NCBI GenBank assembly: GCA_041687695.1
Contig: JAWLBL010000006.1
Coordinates: 235,518-299,517, forward strand
Length of the DNA: 64,000 nucleotides
Source: Myxococcota bacterium
Lineage (GTDB): Bacteria; Myxococcota_A; UBA9042; PHBI01; JAWLBL01
Direction of reading: 5' to 3'
The notes under the pieces are model-generated. The model worked only from the letters and a program-made list of their open reading frames with translations, was not told where the DNA came from and made no database searches. The position numbers and the translations under genes were made by a program. Below are positions 1-8,860 of the stretch, in pieces (within the stretch, counting starts at the first letter, position 1; each line of letters opens with the position of its first letter).

Positions 1-14
1 AGCGGGTCTGGGGC

Positions 15-713
15 GTGATGCGCGAGGAGGCCAAGGCGATCCTCGGCGCGGCGTCGGCCAACGGGACCATGGCCCAGCCGGCGGCGGGGATGCCGCGGGT
101 CACCATGGTCCTGGGCGTCAACGGGACCGGCAAGACCACCAGCATCGGCAAGCTCGCCAACCAGGCGGTGGCCGACGGCAAGAAGGTCGTGCTCATCGCG
201 GGCGACACCTTCCGCGCCGCGGCCGCCGAGCAGCTCGAGCACTGGGGCCGTCGCGTCGGGGCGAACGTGATGCGCGGCAAGGAGGGGGCCGATCCGGCCT
301 CGGTGGTGTTCGACGGGCTCAAGAAGGCCGTCGAGGAGCAGGCCGACGTGGTCCTGGTGGACACGGCCGGACGCCTCCACACCCAGGTCAACCTGATGGA
401 GGAGCTGCGCAAGGTGCGGCGCGTCATGACGCGCGCCGTCCCGGACGCGCCGCACGAGGTCCTCATGGTGCTCGACGCCACGACGGGCCAGAACGCCATC
501 CAGCAGGCCAAGATGTTCAAGGAGGCGACCGACGTCACGGGCATCATCCTGACCAAGCTCGACGGCACCGCGAAGGGCGGCGTGGTCATCGGCGTGTGCG
601 ACGAGCTGGCCATCCCCATCCGCTACATCGGCGTGGGCGAGCGCGTCTCCGACCTGCGGACGTTCCAGCCCGACGAGTTCGTCGAAGCCCTGTTCACGCC
701 GCCGAGCGAGTGA
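15..713 (+). CDS. ftsY: Signal recognition particle receptor FtsY, GTPase domain (5' end probably outside the window)
   Basis: SRP-GTPase motifs [50 protein letters not shown]. Confidence 0.95.
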   Translation: MMREEAKAILGAASANGTMAQPAAGMPRVTMVLGVNGTGKTTSIGKLANQAVADGKKVVLIAGDTFRAAAAEQLEHWGRRVGANVMRGKEGADPASVVFDGLKKAVEEQADVVLVDTAGRLHTQVNLMEELRKVRRVMTRAVPDAPHEVLMVLDATTGQNAIQQAKMFKEATDVTGIILTKLDGTAKGGVVIGVCDELAIPIRYIGVGERVSDLRTFQPDEFVEALFTPPSE

Positions 714-889
714 GCGCCGGTGAGCGCGGCCCCTTCGCGGCGTCGCGTCGTGGAAGGTCTTGAAAGAAGGGGCCGGCTTGACCGCCTCGTCACGGCAGGG
801 GTACATTCCGACCCGCACGGCCACCAGCCAGGCGGCGAACGCGTCCATCGCGTCGCCGTCGCGCCACGACCTTTCACGAGCGGAGCGCC

Positions 890-1627
890 ATGCGTCTCAG
901 TCCCGGGTTCACCCGCCTCCTCCTCGTCGGAGCGTTGACGCTGGCTGGCTCCAGCGCGCTCGCGCAGACGGCGCCGGGAGCCACCCCAACCGCCGGCGGC
1001 CCGGCCGCCCCGGCCCAGGACGAGGGCCCGTCCGCGGAGGAGCGCCTCGCCGCCTCCATCCGGGTCGTCCAGCAGCGGCCCTTTCTGCGCAGCACGCGCT
1101 TCGAACTCCAGCTCATGGGCGGCCTCGGTATCAACGACGTGCTCTTCCAGCACTTCAGCGCCGTCGCCAATGGACGCTTCCACCTGTCCGAGCGCTTCTC
1201 GCTCGGCGCGACCTACGCCCACTACTTCGCGGACGAGGCCTCGACCTTCAGCGAGGTCACCGACCGCTTCGAGGTCTTCCCCGAGCGCGCCCTCACGCGG
1301 TGGTACGCCGGCGCCGACTTCGCGTGGATCCCCATCTTCGGCAAGTACGCCCTGTTCGACGAGGCCGTGGTCCACTTCGACCTCTACACCATCGTCGGCG
1401 GCGGCGTCACGCGCACCAGCAAGTCCGACGACCTCAAGCCGACCGGCACCATCGGCGTGGGCTGGCGGCTCATCACGACGCGTTGGCTCGCCTTCGTCGT
1501 CGAGCTGCGCGACCACATCTACGTCGAGAAGTACAACCAGCGCGAAGAGCTGGTGAACAACGTCGTCGGCCAGGTCGGGCTGAGCTTCTGGCTGCCCTGG
1601 GACTTCGACTACCGCTACCCGCGATGA
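890..1627 (+). CDS. Myxobacterial outer-membrane beta-barrel protein (GltA/GltB/GltH-like)
   Basis: Signal peptide; VVQQRPFLRSTRFEL..GINDVLF N-terminal motif; alternating beta strands; C-terminal GLSFWLP. Confidence 0.75.
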   Translation: MRLSPGFTRLLLVGALTLAGSSALAQTAPGATPTAGGPAAPAQDEGPSAEERLAASIRVVQQRPFLRSTRFELQLMGGLGINDVLFQHFSAVANGRFHLSERFSLGATYAHYFADEASTFSEVTDRFEVFPERALTRWYAGADFAWIPIFGKYALFDEAVVHFDLYTIVGGGVTRTSKSDDLKPTGTIGVGWRLITTRWLAFVVELRDHIYVEKYNQREELVNNVVGQVGLSFWLPWDFDYRYPR

Positions 1628-2400
1628 GGTCCGCCTTGCTGAGCACCCGGTCCAGCTCGATGTCCAGCTCCGTCCGCGGCGCGCGTCGCGGCGTCGGCTC
1701 CTCCTTGCTCGCCCTGGTCGCCCTCGCCGGCGTCGCCGCGGCCCCCGCGACGGCCACGGCCCAGGAGCGCGCGGGCGGCGTCCTCGAGGGCGAGCCGTCC
1801 ATCCGCCAGAAGCAGCTCTACCTCGAGGGGCGGCACCTGCTGCTGCCGACCTTCGGCGTCACCATCAACGACGCCTACCGGCGCAACCTCCTCGGCGGCG
1901 TCAGCTACCGCTACTTCGCGTCGCACTGGCTCGGCCTCGGCCTCGATCTGCTCGCGGGGACGGCCGTCGACACGGGCCTGACCGAGAACATCGAGAACGA
2001 CCTCAGCACCGACGACACGGCCTTCGACGTCCAGGCGACCAGCCTGCGCTTCCTCGCCAGCGCCGTCGCCGAGCTGGTCCCGCTCGAGGGCAAGCTGATG
2101 ATGCTCGGCGCCCAGATGCGCGCCGACTTCCACATCACGCTCGGCTTCGGCCTCGCCAGCATCGCCGGCGAGGGGCGCATCGAGGACACCCTGTCCATCA
2201 TGCCGTCGATCGGCGTCGGCATGCGGTTTTTTCCCGAACCTTGGATCTCGGTCGGCCTCGACGTAAAGGACCTCATCATCAACCGCGTCCTCGCGGCGGG
2301 GTTCGATGGCTCGGTGCCCGACAAGGGCTTCCACAACAACTGGCTCGTGGCCCTGTCCGTCGGGTTCGCGCTGCCGCCCGAGACCGAGGTTCGTCCGTGA
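1624..2400 (+). CDS. Second paralogous outer-membrane beta-barrel protein (GltA/GltB-like)
   Basis: ATG at 1624 overlaps the upstream TGA (ATGA); IRQKQLYLEGRH..TINDAYRR, VPLEGKL and C-terminal VGFALP parallel the upstream paralog; start may be a few codons later. Confidence 0.7.
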   Translation: MRSALLSTRSSSMSSSVRGARRGVGSSLLALVALAGVAAAPATATAQERAGGVLEGEPSIRQKQLYLEGRHLLLPTFGVTINDAYRRNLLGGVSYRYFASHWLGLGLDLLAGTAVDTGLTENIENDLSTDDTAFDVQATSLRFLASAVAELVPLEGKLMMLGAQMRADFHITLGFGLASIAGEGRIEDTLSIMPSIGVGMRFFPEPWISVGLDVKDLIINRVLAAGFDGSVPDKGFHNNWLVALSVGFALPPETEVRP

Positions 2401-2888
2401 CGTCCGCCCTCCGCACCACCCTCGTCGCCACGCTGGCGCTGGCCCTCGTGGGCCTGGCCGCGCCTGCGTTCGCCTCGCACTACCGCCTGCCGGCCGGCGA
2501 CCTGGTCACGGCGACCGAGCTCAAGTCCCTGCAGAAGGCCGGCGTCGACACGACCCTGGCCCTGTACGAGCAGGCCGCCGGCAGCCAGGCCCGCAAGCAG
2601 CTCGCGCGCGCCAGCGGCCTGTCGGTCGCGCGCCTGACCGAGCTCGCCGCCCAGTGCGACCTCCTGCGCGTGTCCGGCGTCGGCCCGCTGATGGTGCGCG
2701 TCCTGCAGGCCGGCGGCGTCCGCCACTCGGGCGACCTCCGCAAGGCCAACGCCGCCGCCCTGCTCGACAAGCTGCGGGCCGCCAACCAGGTCCACAAGCT
2801 GACCGAGGTCCTGCCCGAGGTCGAGATGCTGCAGGCCTGGATCGCCCAGGCGCAGAAGCTGCCCGCCCGCCTCGAAGGGGTGCGGTGA
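2397..2888 (+). CDS. DUF4332-like helix-hairpin-helix protein with signal peptide
   Basis: GTG overlapping upstream stop; CDLLRVSGVGP, GV..DL..AN and WIAQA motifs typical of DUF4332. Confidence 0.7.
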   Translation: MTSALRTTLVATLALALVGLAAPAFASHYRLPAGDLVTATELKSLQKAGVDTTLALYEQAAGSQARKQLARASGLSVARLTELAAQCDLLRVSGVGPLMVRVLQAGGVRHSGDLRKANAAALLDKLRAANQVHKLTEVLPEVEMLQAWIAQAQKLPARLEGVR

Positions 2889-4279
2889 ACCCCCTTCGCT
2901 GGGTCGCCGCGTCACGCCGAAGGCTCGCCACCGCCACGCTCGTCGCCTATGCGCTCGCGTTCGCGGTGGCGGTGCCGCTGGCCGCCCACCTCCGCGACGT
3001 CTCCGCCTCGCCGATCGCCGACTTCTGGGTGATGACGGCCTGGCTGGGGATCCTGGCCGCCGGCTCCCTGTTCCTGGGCGTCCTGCTGGGCGATCGGCTG
3101 CTGCCGGGGCGCTGGCGCGAGCGCGTCATCCTGGGGCGCGAGGTCCAGCTGCCCGGCACCGACGATGACCCCGCCCTGGCGATGGCGGTCACCAAGTCGT
3201 ACTTGCTGCACTTCTCGGCGCTGACGGTCGGGGCGCTGGCCCTGTCGGCCATGGCGCTCGAGGCGGTCACCGGCGGCTTCTTCGCCGAGTACCAGCGCCT
3301 CGGTTACGCGCGCGCCACCCTGCGCGGCGACGACACGGCTGCCAAGCTGGCGACGGTCGAGCGGCTCTCCGAGGTGCAGCGCGAGCAGAACGTGCGCGAC
3401 TCGCTGGCCCTGCTCCGCGCCACCTGGGATGACCCGGCCCAGCCGCTCGAGGTCCGCGCCGCCTCCATCCGCAGCCTGGGACGGCTCGGGCACTCGCTGG
3501 TCACCAGCATCGACGCCTGGGACAACGAGGGGGTCAAGGAGCACTGGGAGTTCGATCTCGTGCGCGAGCTGCGCTCGGATCTGCTGCCCCTGTGGCGCGA
3601 GCGGCTCGCCACCGCCGACCCGGCCCTCGCCGGACCGATGGCGCTGGCGCTGGGCCGTTACCGCGACTTCGACAGCGCCCCGGCGCTGCTGGCGCGGGCC
3701 ACGACCGGGCCGACCGGCGCGTCGCCGACCTGGCGGCAGACCGTGACCGCCCTGGGGCTGCTGCACCCCCTCGACATCCTCGCGCCCCTGGGCGAGCTGG
3801 CCACGGCCGCGACGGATCCCCAGGACTTCACCGCGCTGGCCTGGGCCGTGGGCGAGCCGATGCGGCGCCTGCCGCTCGACCAGCCGCCGCCGCCCGCCTT
3901 CGACCGCCTCATCGAGGCCTTCGGCGCGCTCGCCGCCTCGGGGGCGACCCCGGTGCATCGCTGCGACGCGGTCTACGTCCTGTACAAGACCCGCGACGCG
4001 CGCATCGTCGAGCCGCTCCTGGCCGCCTTCGACGCCCAGGGCGCGGACATGGAGTGTCCGACGACCCACGTCGACGTCTCGGACCGCGCGCCCCACGTCT
4101 CGGCCCACGGCGAGCCCTTCCGAGTGCGCGTCCTCAAGGCCCTGGCGGTGGTGGCCGTGGGCCAGCCCCGGGTGCTCGAGTGGGCGCGCTCGCGCGTCGA
4201 CGACGCCAGCCTGTCGGACGTGGTCCGGCTCGAGCTGAAGCAGCTGGTGGCGCTGACCGAGGCGGGCGCGGGCCAGTGA
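2885..4279 (+). CDS. Membrane protein with three N-terminal TM helices and a HEAT-like helical repeat region
   Basis: GTGA coupling to upstream gene; hydrophobic segments followed by VRAASIRSLGRLG / ALALGRY / VEPLLAAF repeats. Confidence 0.6.
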   Translation: MNPLRWVAASRRRLATATLVAYALAFAVAVPLAAHLRDVSASPIADFWVMTAWLGILAAGSLFLGVLLGDRLLPGRWRERVILGREVQLPGTDDDPALAMAVTKSYLLHFSALTVGALALSAMALEAVTGGFFAEYQRLGYARATLRGDDTAAKLATVERLSEVQREQNVRDSLALLRATWDDPAQPLEVRAASIRSLGRLGHSLVTSIDAWDNEGVKEHWEFDLVRELRSDLLPLWRERLATADPALAGPMALALGRYRDFDSAPALLARATTGPTGASPTWRQTVTALGLLHPLDILAPLGELATAATDPQDFTALAWAVGEPMRRLPLDQPPPPAFDRLIEAFGALAASGATPVHRCDAVYVLYKTRDARIVEPLLAAFDAQGADMECPTTHVDVSDRAPHVSAHGEPFRVRVLKALAVVAVGQPRVLEWARSRVDDASLSDVVRLELKQLVALTEAGAGQ

Positions 4280-4288
4280 TCAGGCGCT

Positions 4289-4329
4289 GCGCCTGCCGGG
4301 CCTCACATCATGAGGGCGGCGGCAGGCGC
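4289..4329. terminator. Stem-loop between convergent genes
   Basis: GCGCCTGCCG (4289-4298) ... CGGCAGGCGC (4320-4329) inverted repeat; no U-tract. Confidence 0.4.
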
Positions 4330-4343
4330 GGGGCCCGTCAGGC

Positions 4344-5078
4344 TCAGGGCAGGTCGCAGTAGCCGACCTGGCCGTAGTACTGCGAGCACCCGACGAAGTT
4401 GGGACAGGGCTCGACGGCCGTCGTGTCGCACAGCGGGTAGCACTTGTTGCCGACGCAGGCGGTGCCGGCCTCGCAGTCGCTGGCGTTGGTGCAGGCGCCG
4501 CCAGCGGCCGTGTTGCCGGCAGGCAGACAGACGGGCTCGGGCTGACCGGCGATGCGGTAGCAGCCCTTGGTGCCGCCGCAGTCCTGGGCCAGGAGATCGC
4601 AGGTCGTGTAGATGTCGTCGATTTCGCAGACCTTGTAGGGCGTGTCGGTCAGGGTCAGGCAGCTGTCGCCGGCCTCGCAGTGGCCATCGGTCTTGCAGAA
4701 CTTGTAGCAGAGGAACTTGGTGTCGTTCAGGTTCAAGCAGATGCCGCGCTCGCAGCCGTCGTTGCCGCCGCACTCGGCGCCGTAAGGCTGCTCGCCCTCG
4801 GGCACGCACTCGGCCGTCTTGGCGCCGCTACCGACGTAGGTGCAGTTCTCGCCCTCTTCGCACCCGGTCTGCGTGATGGCGTTGCAGCTCGTGGCCGGGG
4901 TCGTGTCGTCGGTGGCGGCCGTGTCGTCGGCCGCGTCGCCGCCGCCCTCGTCGGGGGTGGTCGAGGTGTCGGCGTCGGTCTGGTCGGTCGGCGTGCCGGA
5001 GCCTCCGTCACCGCAGGCGGCGAGGGCCGAGGGCAGGGCGAAGGCGAGGGCGGCGAGCAGGGACAGGCGGAGCGACAT
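4344..5078 (-). CDS. Cys-rich lipoprotein
   Basis: Lipobox LAAC, acidic Thr/Asp linker, then two repeated Cys-rich modules. Confidence 0.75.
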   Translation of the reverse strand: MSLRLSLLAALAFALPSALAACGDGGSGTPTDQTDADTSTTPDEGGGDAADDTAATDDTTPATSCNAITQTGCEEGENCTYVGSGAKTAECVPEGEQPYGAECGGNDGCERGICLNLNDTKFLCYKFCKTDGHCEAGDSCLTLTDTPYKVCEIDDIYTTCDLLAQDCGGTKGCYRIAGQPEPVCLPAGNTAAGGACTNASDCEAGTACVGNKCYPLCDTTAVEPCPNFVGCSQYYGQVGYCDLP

Positions 5079-5157
5079 GGGCGCGGACCTTTCGGGAGCG
5101 GGGATGGCAATGGATGATGGAGCTTCGGACGCGGGGGCGCAAGATGGCCAGGCGGGC

Positions 5158-7890
5158 TCACTCGCCCTTCGCGGGGGCGGGCCGGGGCCCCTCCCACTGG
5201 CAGCGCTTGCCGGCGGCCTCGAGCTCGGGCCCGGGGTCGCCGACGCGCTCGAAGAGCGTGATGGGGAAGAGGCCCCCGTAGGTCAGCTGCGGGTCCTGGA
5301 AGGTCTTGACTGGCTTGAACCAGCGGCGCGCCGTCGGCAGCGAGGCCAGCTTCTGGGGCGTGAAGTAGCTGCGACCAGCCGAGACGATGAAGCGGACGTC
5401 GTCGGCGCAGATGGCGTCCCAGTAGTCGGCCTCGCTGAGCAGCCCCGTGCGGAAGCGCTTGTTGTTGGTGTCGGCCTCGCCCGCGGCCAGGCGTCGCTCG
5501 GCGGCCAGCGCGATGAGCGGCGCCAGGGTCGAGGCGCCCGCGATGGTCTCTTCGGGGCCGGTGCGTTCGGCCACGAAGGCCGCGACCTCGTCCAGGGTCA
5601 CGAAGTGGCGCTTCTTGGTCCACAGGTAGTAGCGGTAGCCCGGCTCCATGTTGCCCTTGAGGCGGTAGTCCTCCCAGAAGAGGGCGTGGGCGGGCGCGGA
5701 CAGGTCCTGTAGCATCGGCGCGGGCGTCCAGGTGTACTCGTTGCGGGCGCCGCGCTGCTGGGCCTCGTCGGGGAAGGCGGCGTTGGCCTTCAGCGCCCAC
5801 GGGACCCACAGGCAGAAGGCCGCCAGGGTCGCCACGCCGGCCGCCATCCGGCCGAGCCCGTCGCGACGCGGGCCCGCCTCGTCGGTGACGGCCGAGGCGA
5901 CGAGCTGGGCGCCGTGGACGACCACGTAGGCGAGCAGCAGGCCGAGCGCCGGGTAGATGAGGGTGAAGTAGAAGCTGTAGAGCTCGCGGAACATGCTGTA
6001 CTGGATGAACAGCGCCAGCGCGAAGAGGAAGACGAGGGCGGCGGCGGCGTGGGGGCCGGGCTCCCAGAAGCGGCGGGGATCGAGGAAACGCAGCGGGCGG
6101 GCGCGGCCCTCGGGGCTGAGCAGCCAGGCGGCGAGGCCCAGGGCCGGGGCGATGGCGAGCGAGATCCACAGGTGGGCGTGGTAGTAGACCTCCTTGGTGA
6201 AGCTGGAGCCGTCCACCATCACGGCGAGGTTGTGGACCAGGGCCGCCGGGAAGGGCTTGGGGCCGCCGGTCAGCGGGACCATGCGGGCGTCGGCGAAGGT
6301 CTTGAGCCCGTGGTAGCGGTAGACGCCGTCGACGAAGGCGTCGCCGGCCGCCGCCAGGAAGATCAGGTTGAGGCTGCCGAAGACGAGGGCGAAGCCGGCG
6401 AGCTGCCGCAGGGCGAAGCGGCGGTCGCGGAAGGCGCCGAGCAGCAGGGCCGCGCAGATGCCGGCCATGCTGTAAAAGCCCGTGGTGGCGGCGGCGCCGA
6501 AGAGCAGGCCTGCGGTGAGGCCGCGGCCCTTCAGTGACTGCCACAGGCCGAGCATCAGCCACATGGTGGTCAGGTTGATGCCGGTCATGTTGGTGGTCGC
6601 CTTGAGGGTCTCGGCGGCGAAGAGGAAGGCGACCATGGCGAAGGCGGCGGCGAGGCGGCCGAAGGCGCGGCGGCCGATGGCCCAGACGGCCAGGCCCGCG
6701 ACGGCGCCGGCGGTGACGCTGAAGAGCTTGGCGAGGGTGAGCGAGTAGCCGAAGACGGCGAAGAAGGCGCCCGGCACGAGGACGTGCAGCGGCGGGTGGG
6801 CGAAGAAGTAGTCGACGTAGGGCCAGCGGCCGTTGGCGAGGTCGGCGGCCATGTAGAAGTAGATGTTCTCGTCGGTGTTCGACGGGCCCATGCCGTGGAT
6901 CTTGAGCAGGCCGTACAGGGCCAGGACGGCGGCCGGGACGGCGAGGTCGGCGGTGAGCCGGACGCGGGCGCGGTGCGGGTCGGGGAGGGGGGCCTGGGCC
7001 TCGCGGACCAGGAGCTCTTCGGTGAGCAGGGTGAGGGCGGCCACGAGGGCGGCGACGAGGAGGCCGGCCAGGGCGGCGCCGGGGGCCGGGGCGTCGGCGA
7101 GCCAGGGGGCGACGGCGTGGTGGGCGACGAACAGCCAGGGGGCGTGGACGAGGACGGGGCGTGAGGAGGCGGCTAGATCGCCGAGGGTGGGCGAGCGGCC
7201 GTGGGCGGTCGCGAGGGCGGTGACCCAGCCGGCGAGGACGGGCAGGGCGCAGGCCGTCACGACCAGGGCGGCGACCAGGGTGGACAGGGCGGGGGCCGAC
7301 AGGCCGTCGAGGGCCAGGCCCAGCGGCAGGCGCAGCTCGCCGAGCCAGGTGTGGGGGAACAGGAGGGTGGCGGTCGCCCACACGAGGCCGGCCACGGTGG
7401 CCGTGGCGGCGAGGCGGCTGTCGGGGGCGCGGGCCCAGGCGCGGGCGCCGGCGCCGAGCAGGACGAAGGCGAGGGCGGCCGGGAAGCCGACGAAGTTCGG
7501 GTGGGCCAGTTCGAAGGCTGCCAGGTGGAGCTGCGGGTTGCGGCCGAGCGCGGCCATGAGGGCGAGCGTCGCGAGGAGGGCGGCGGCGCCCGTGACCCAC
7601 TGGCGCGCCGGGCCGGCGAGGCGGAAGGCGACGATGGCGCCCAAACCTGCGGTGGCGGCCAGCCAACGGGCGGTCGTCCACAGGCCGGGGCGATCGAGGC
7701 CCTCGCCGGCGGGGCTGGCCAGGAACGCCAGGAGCAGGGTCAGCGCGCCCGCGCCCGGCAGGAGCCAGGTCGGCCAGAGGCGAGGCGGCTCGAGGGGGGC
7801 GCGGGGCTCGGGGGCCGGTCCGGCGGGGGGAGGGGAGGGGGACGCCTGGGCGGCGGCGGTCGCGGCGCGGGCGGCCTTACGTTTGGCCAT
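5158..7890 (-). CDS. Polytopic GT-C-fold glycosyltransferase (ArnT/PMT-like) with an extra N-terminal membrane domain
   Basis: Many TM helices; NTDENIYFYMA..GRWPYVDYFFAHPPL loop with DE motif; ATG at 7890 (MAKRK) overlaps the meaB end. Confidence 0.7.
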   Translation of the reverse strand: MAKRKAARAATAAAQASPSPPPAGPAPEPRAPLEPPRLWPTWLLPGAGALTLLLAFLASPAGEGLDRPGLWTTARWLAATAGLGAIVAFRLAGPARQWVTGAAALLATLALMAALGRNPQLHLAAFELAHPNFVGFPAALAFVLLGAGARAWARAPDSRLAATATVAGLVWATATLLFPHTWLGELRLPLGLALDGLSAPALSTLVAALVVTACALPVLAGWVTALATAHGRSPTLGDLAASSRPVLVHAPWLFVAHHAVAPWLADAPAPGAALAGLLVAALVAALTLLTEELLVREAQAPLPDPHRARVRLTADLAVPAAVLALYGLLKIHGMGPSNTDENIYFYMAADLANGRWPYVDYFFAHPPLHVLVPGAFFAVFGYSLTLAKLFSVTAGAVAGLAVWAIGRRAFGRLAAAFAMVAFLFAAETLKATTNMTGINLTTMWLMLGLWQSLKGRGLTAGLLFGAAATTGFYSMAGICAALLLGAFRDRRFALRQLAGFALVFGSLNLIFLAAAGDAFVDGVYRYHGLKTFADARMVPLTGGPKPFPAALVHNLAVMVDGSSFTKEVYYHAHLWISLAIAPALGLAAWLLSPEGRARPLRFLDPRRFWEPGPHAAAALVFLFALALFIQYSMFRELYSFYFTLIYPALGLLLAYVVVHGAQLVASAVTDEAGPRRDGLGRMAAGVATLAAFCLWVPWALKANAAFPDEAQQRGARNEYTWTPAPMLQDLSAPAHALFWEDYRLKGNMEPGYRYYLWTKKRHFVTLDEVAAFVAERTGPEETIAGASTLAPLIALAAERRLAAGEADTNNKRFRTGLLSEADYWDAICADDVRFIVSAGRSYFTPQKLASLPTARRWFKPVKTFQDPQLTYGGLFPITLFERVGDPGPELEAAGKRCQWEGPRPAPAKGE

Positions 7891-8860
7891 CGAGCAGCAC
7901 CTCGAGGACGCGGTCGGCCTCGGTGTAGGGGTCGGTCTCGCGGCTGGCCAGGCGGTCGAGCAGGGCCTCGCGGCCGTCACCGGCGTCAAGGGCGGCGGCC
8001 ATGCGCTCGACAAGGCGGTCGCGGATGAGGCTCTCGAGGACGTGCGCCTCGCGGCGACGGCGGCGCTCGAGGGCCTCGCCGGTGGACGGCAGGGCGGCGG
8101 CGTGGGCGTCGATGGCGGCGGCCAGCTCGGGCAGGCCCTGTCCGTAGACGGCGACCGTCTTCACGATGGGTGGCGTCCAGGTCTCGCCGTCGGACACCAG
8201 GCCCTGCAGCGCCCGGATGTCCCGGATGGTGCGCTCGGCGCCGTCGCGGTCGGCCTTGTTGACCACGAAGACGTCGGCGATCTCGAGGATGCCGGCCTTG
8301 ATGGCCTGGATGTCGTCGCCCATGCCGGGGACCAGCACGACCAGCGACGTGTGGGCCAGGCGGACCACCTCGATCTCGTCCTGACCGACGCCGACCGTCT
8401 CGAGCAGGATGACGTCGTAGCCCATCGCGTCGAGCACGCTGACCACGTCGTTGGTCGACCGGCTGAGGCCGCCCAGGTGGCCGCGGGTGGCCAGGCTGCG
8501 GATGAACACGCCCGGATCGGTGGCGTGGTCGTTCATGCGGATGCGGTCGCCCAGGATCGCGCCGCCCGTGAAGGGGCTGGACGGGTCCACGGCGACGACG
8601 CCGACCTTGAGCCCCTGCGCCCGGTAGTGGCGGATGAGCTGATCGGTCAGCGTCGACTTGCCCGAGCCCGGGTTGCCGGTGACGCCGATGATGCGGGCGC
8701 GCCCGGTGACGGCGTACAGGCGCCGCAGCACCTCGAACGCGATGGGCTCGCGGTCGTCGACCAGGCGCATCAGGCGGGCGCCGGCGCGCACGTCGCCGGA
8801 CCGCACGCGGGTGACGAATCGCTCGAGCTGCCCCGCGTCAACGCGTGCAGAGGTGACCAT
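7877..8860 (-). CDS. meaB: Methylmalonyl-CoA mutase-associated GTPase MeaB
   Basis: GVTGNPGSGKST, AVDPSSPFTGGAILGDRIRM, RSLATRGHLGGLS, ETVGVGQDE, GDDIQAIKAGILE, NKAD. Confidence 0.95.
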   Translation of the reverse strand: MVTSARVDAGQLERFVTRVRSGDVRAGARLMRLVDDREPIAFEVLRRLYAVTGRARIIGVTGNPGSGKSTLTDQLIRHYRAQGLKVGVVAVDPSSPFTGGAILGDRIRMNDHATDPGVFIRSLATRGHLGGLSRSTNDVVSVLDAMGYDVILLETVGVGQDEIEVVRLAHTSLVVLVPGMGDDIQAIKAGILEIADVFVVNKADRDGAERTIRDIRALQGLVSDGETWTPPIVKTVAVYGQGLPELAAAIDAHAAALPSTGEALERRRRREAHVLESLIRDRLVERMAAALDAGDGREALLDRLASRETDPYTEADRVLEVLLDGQT

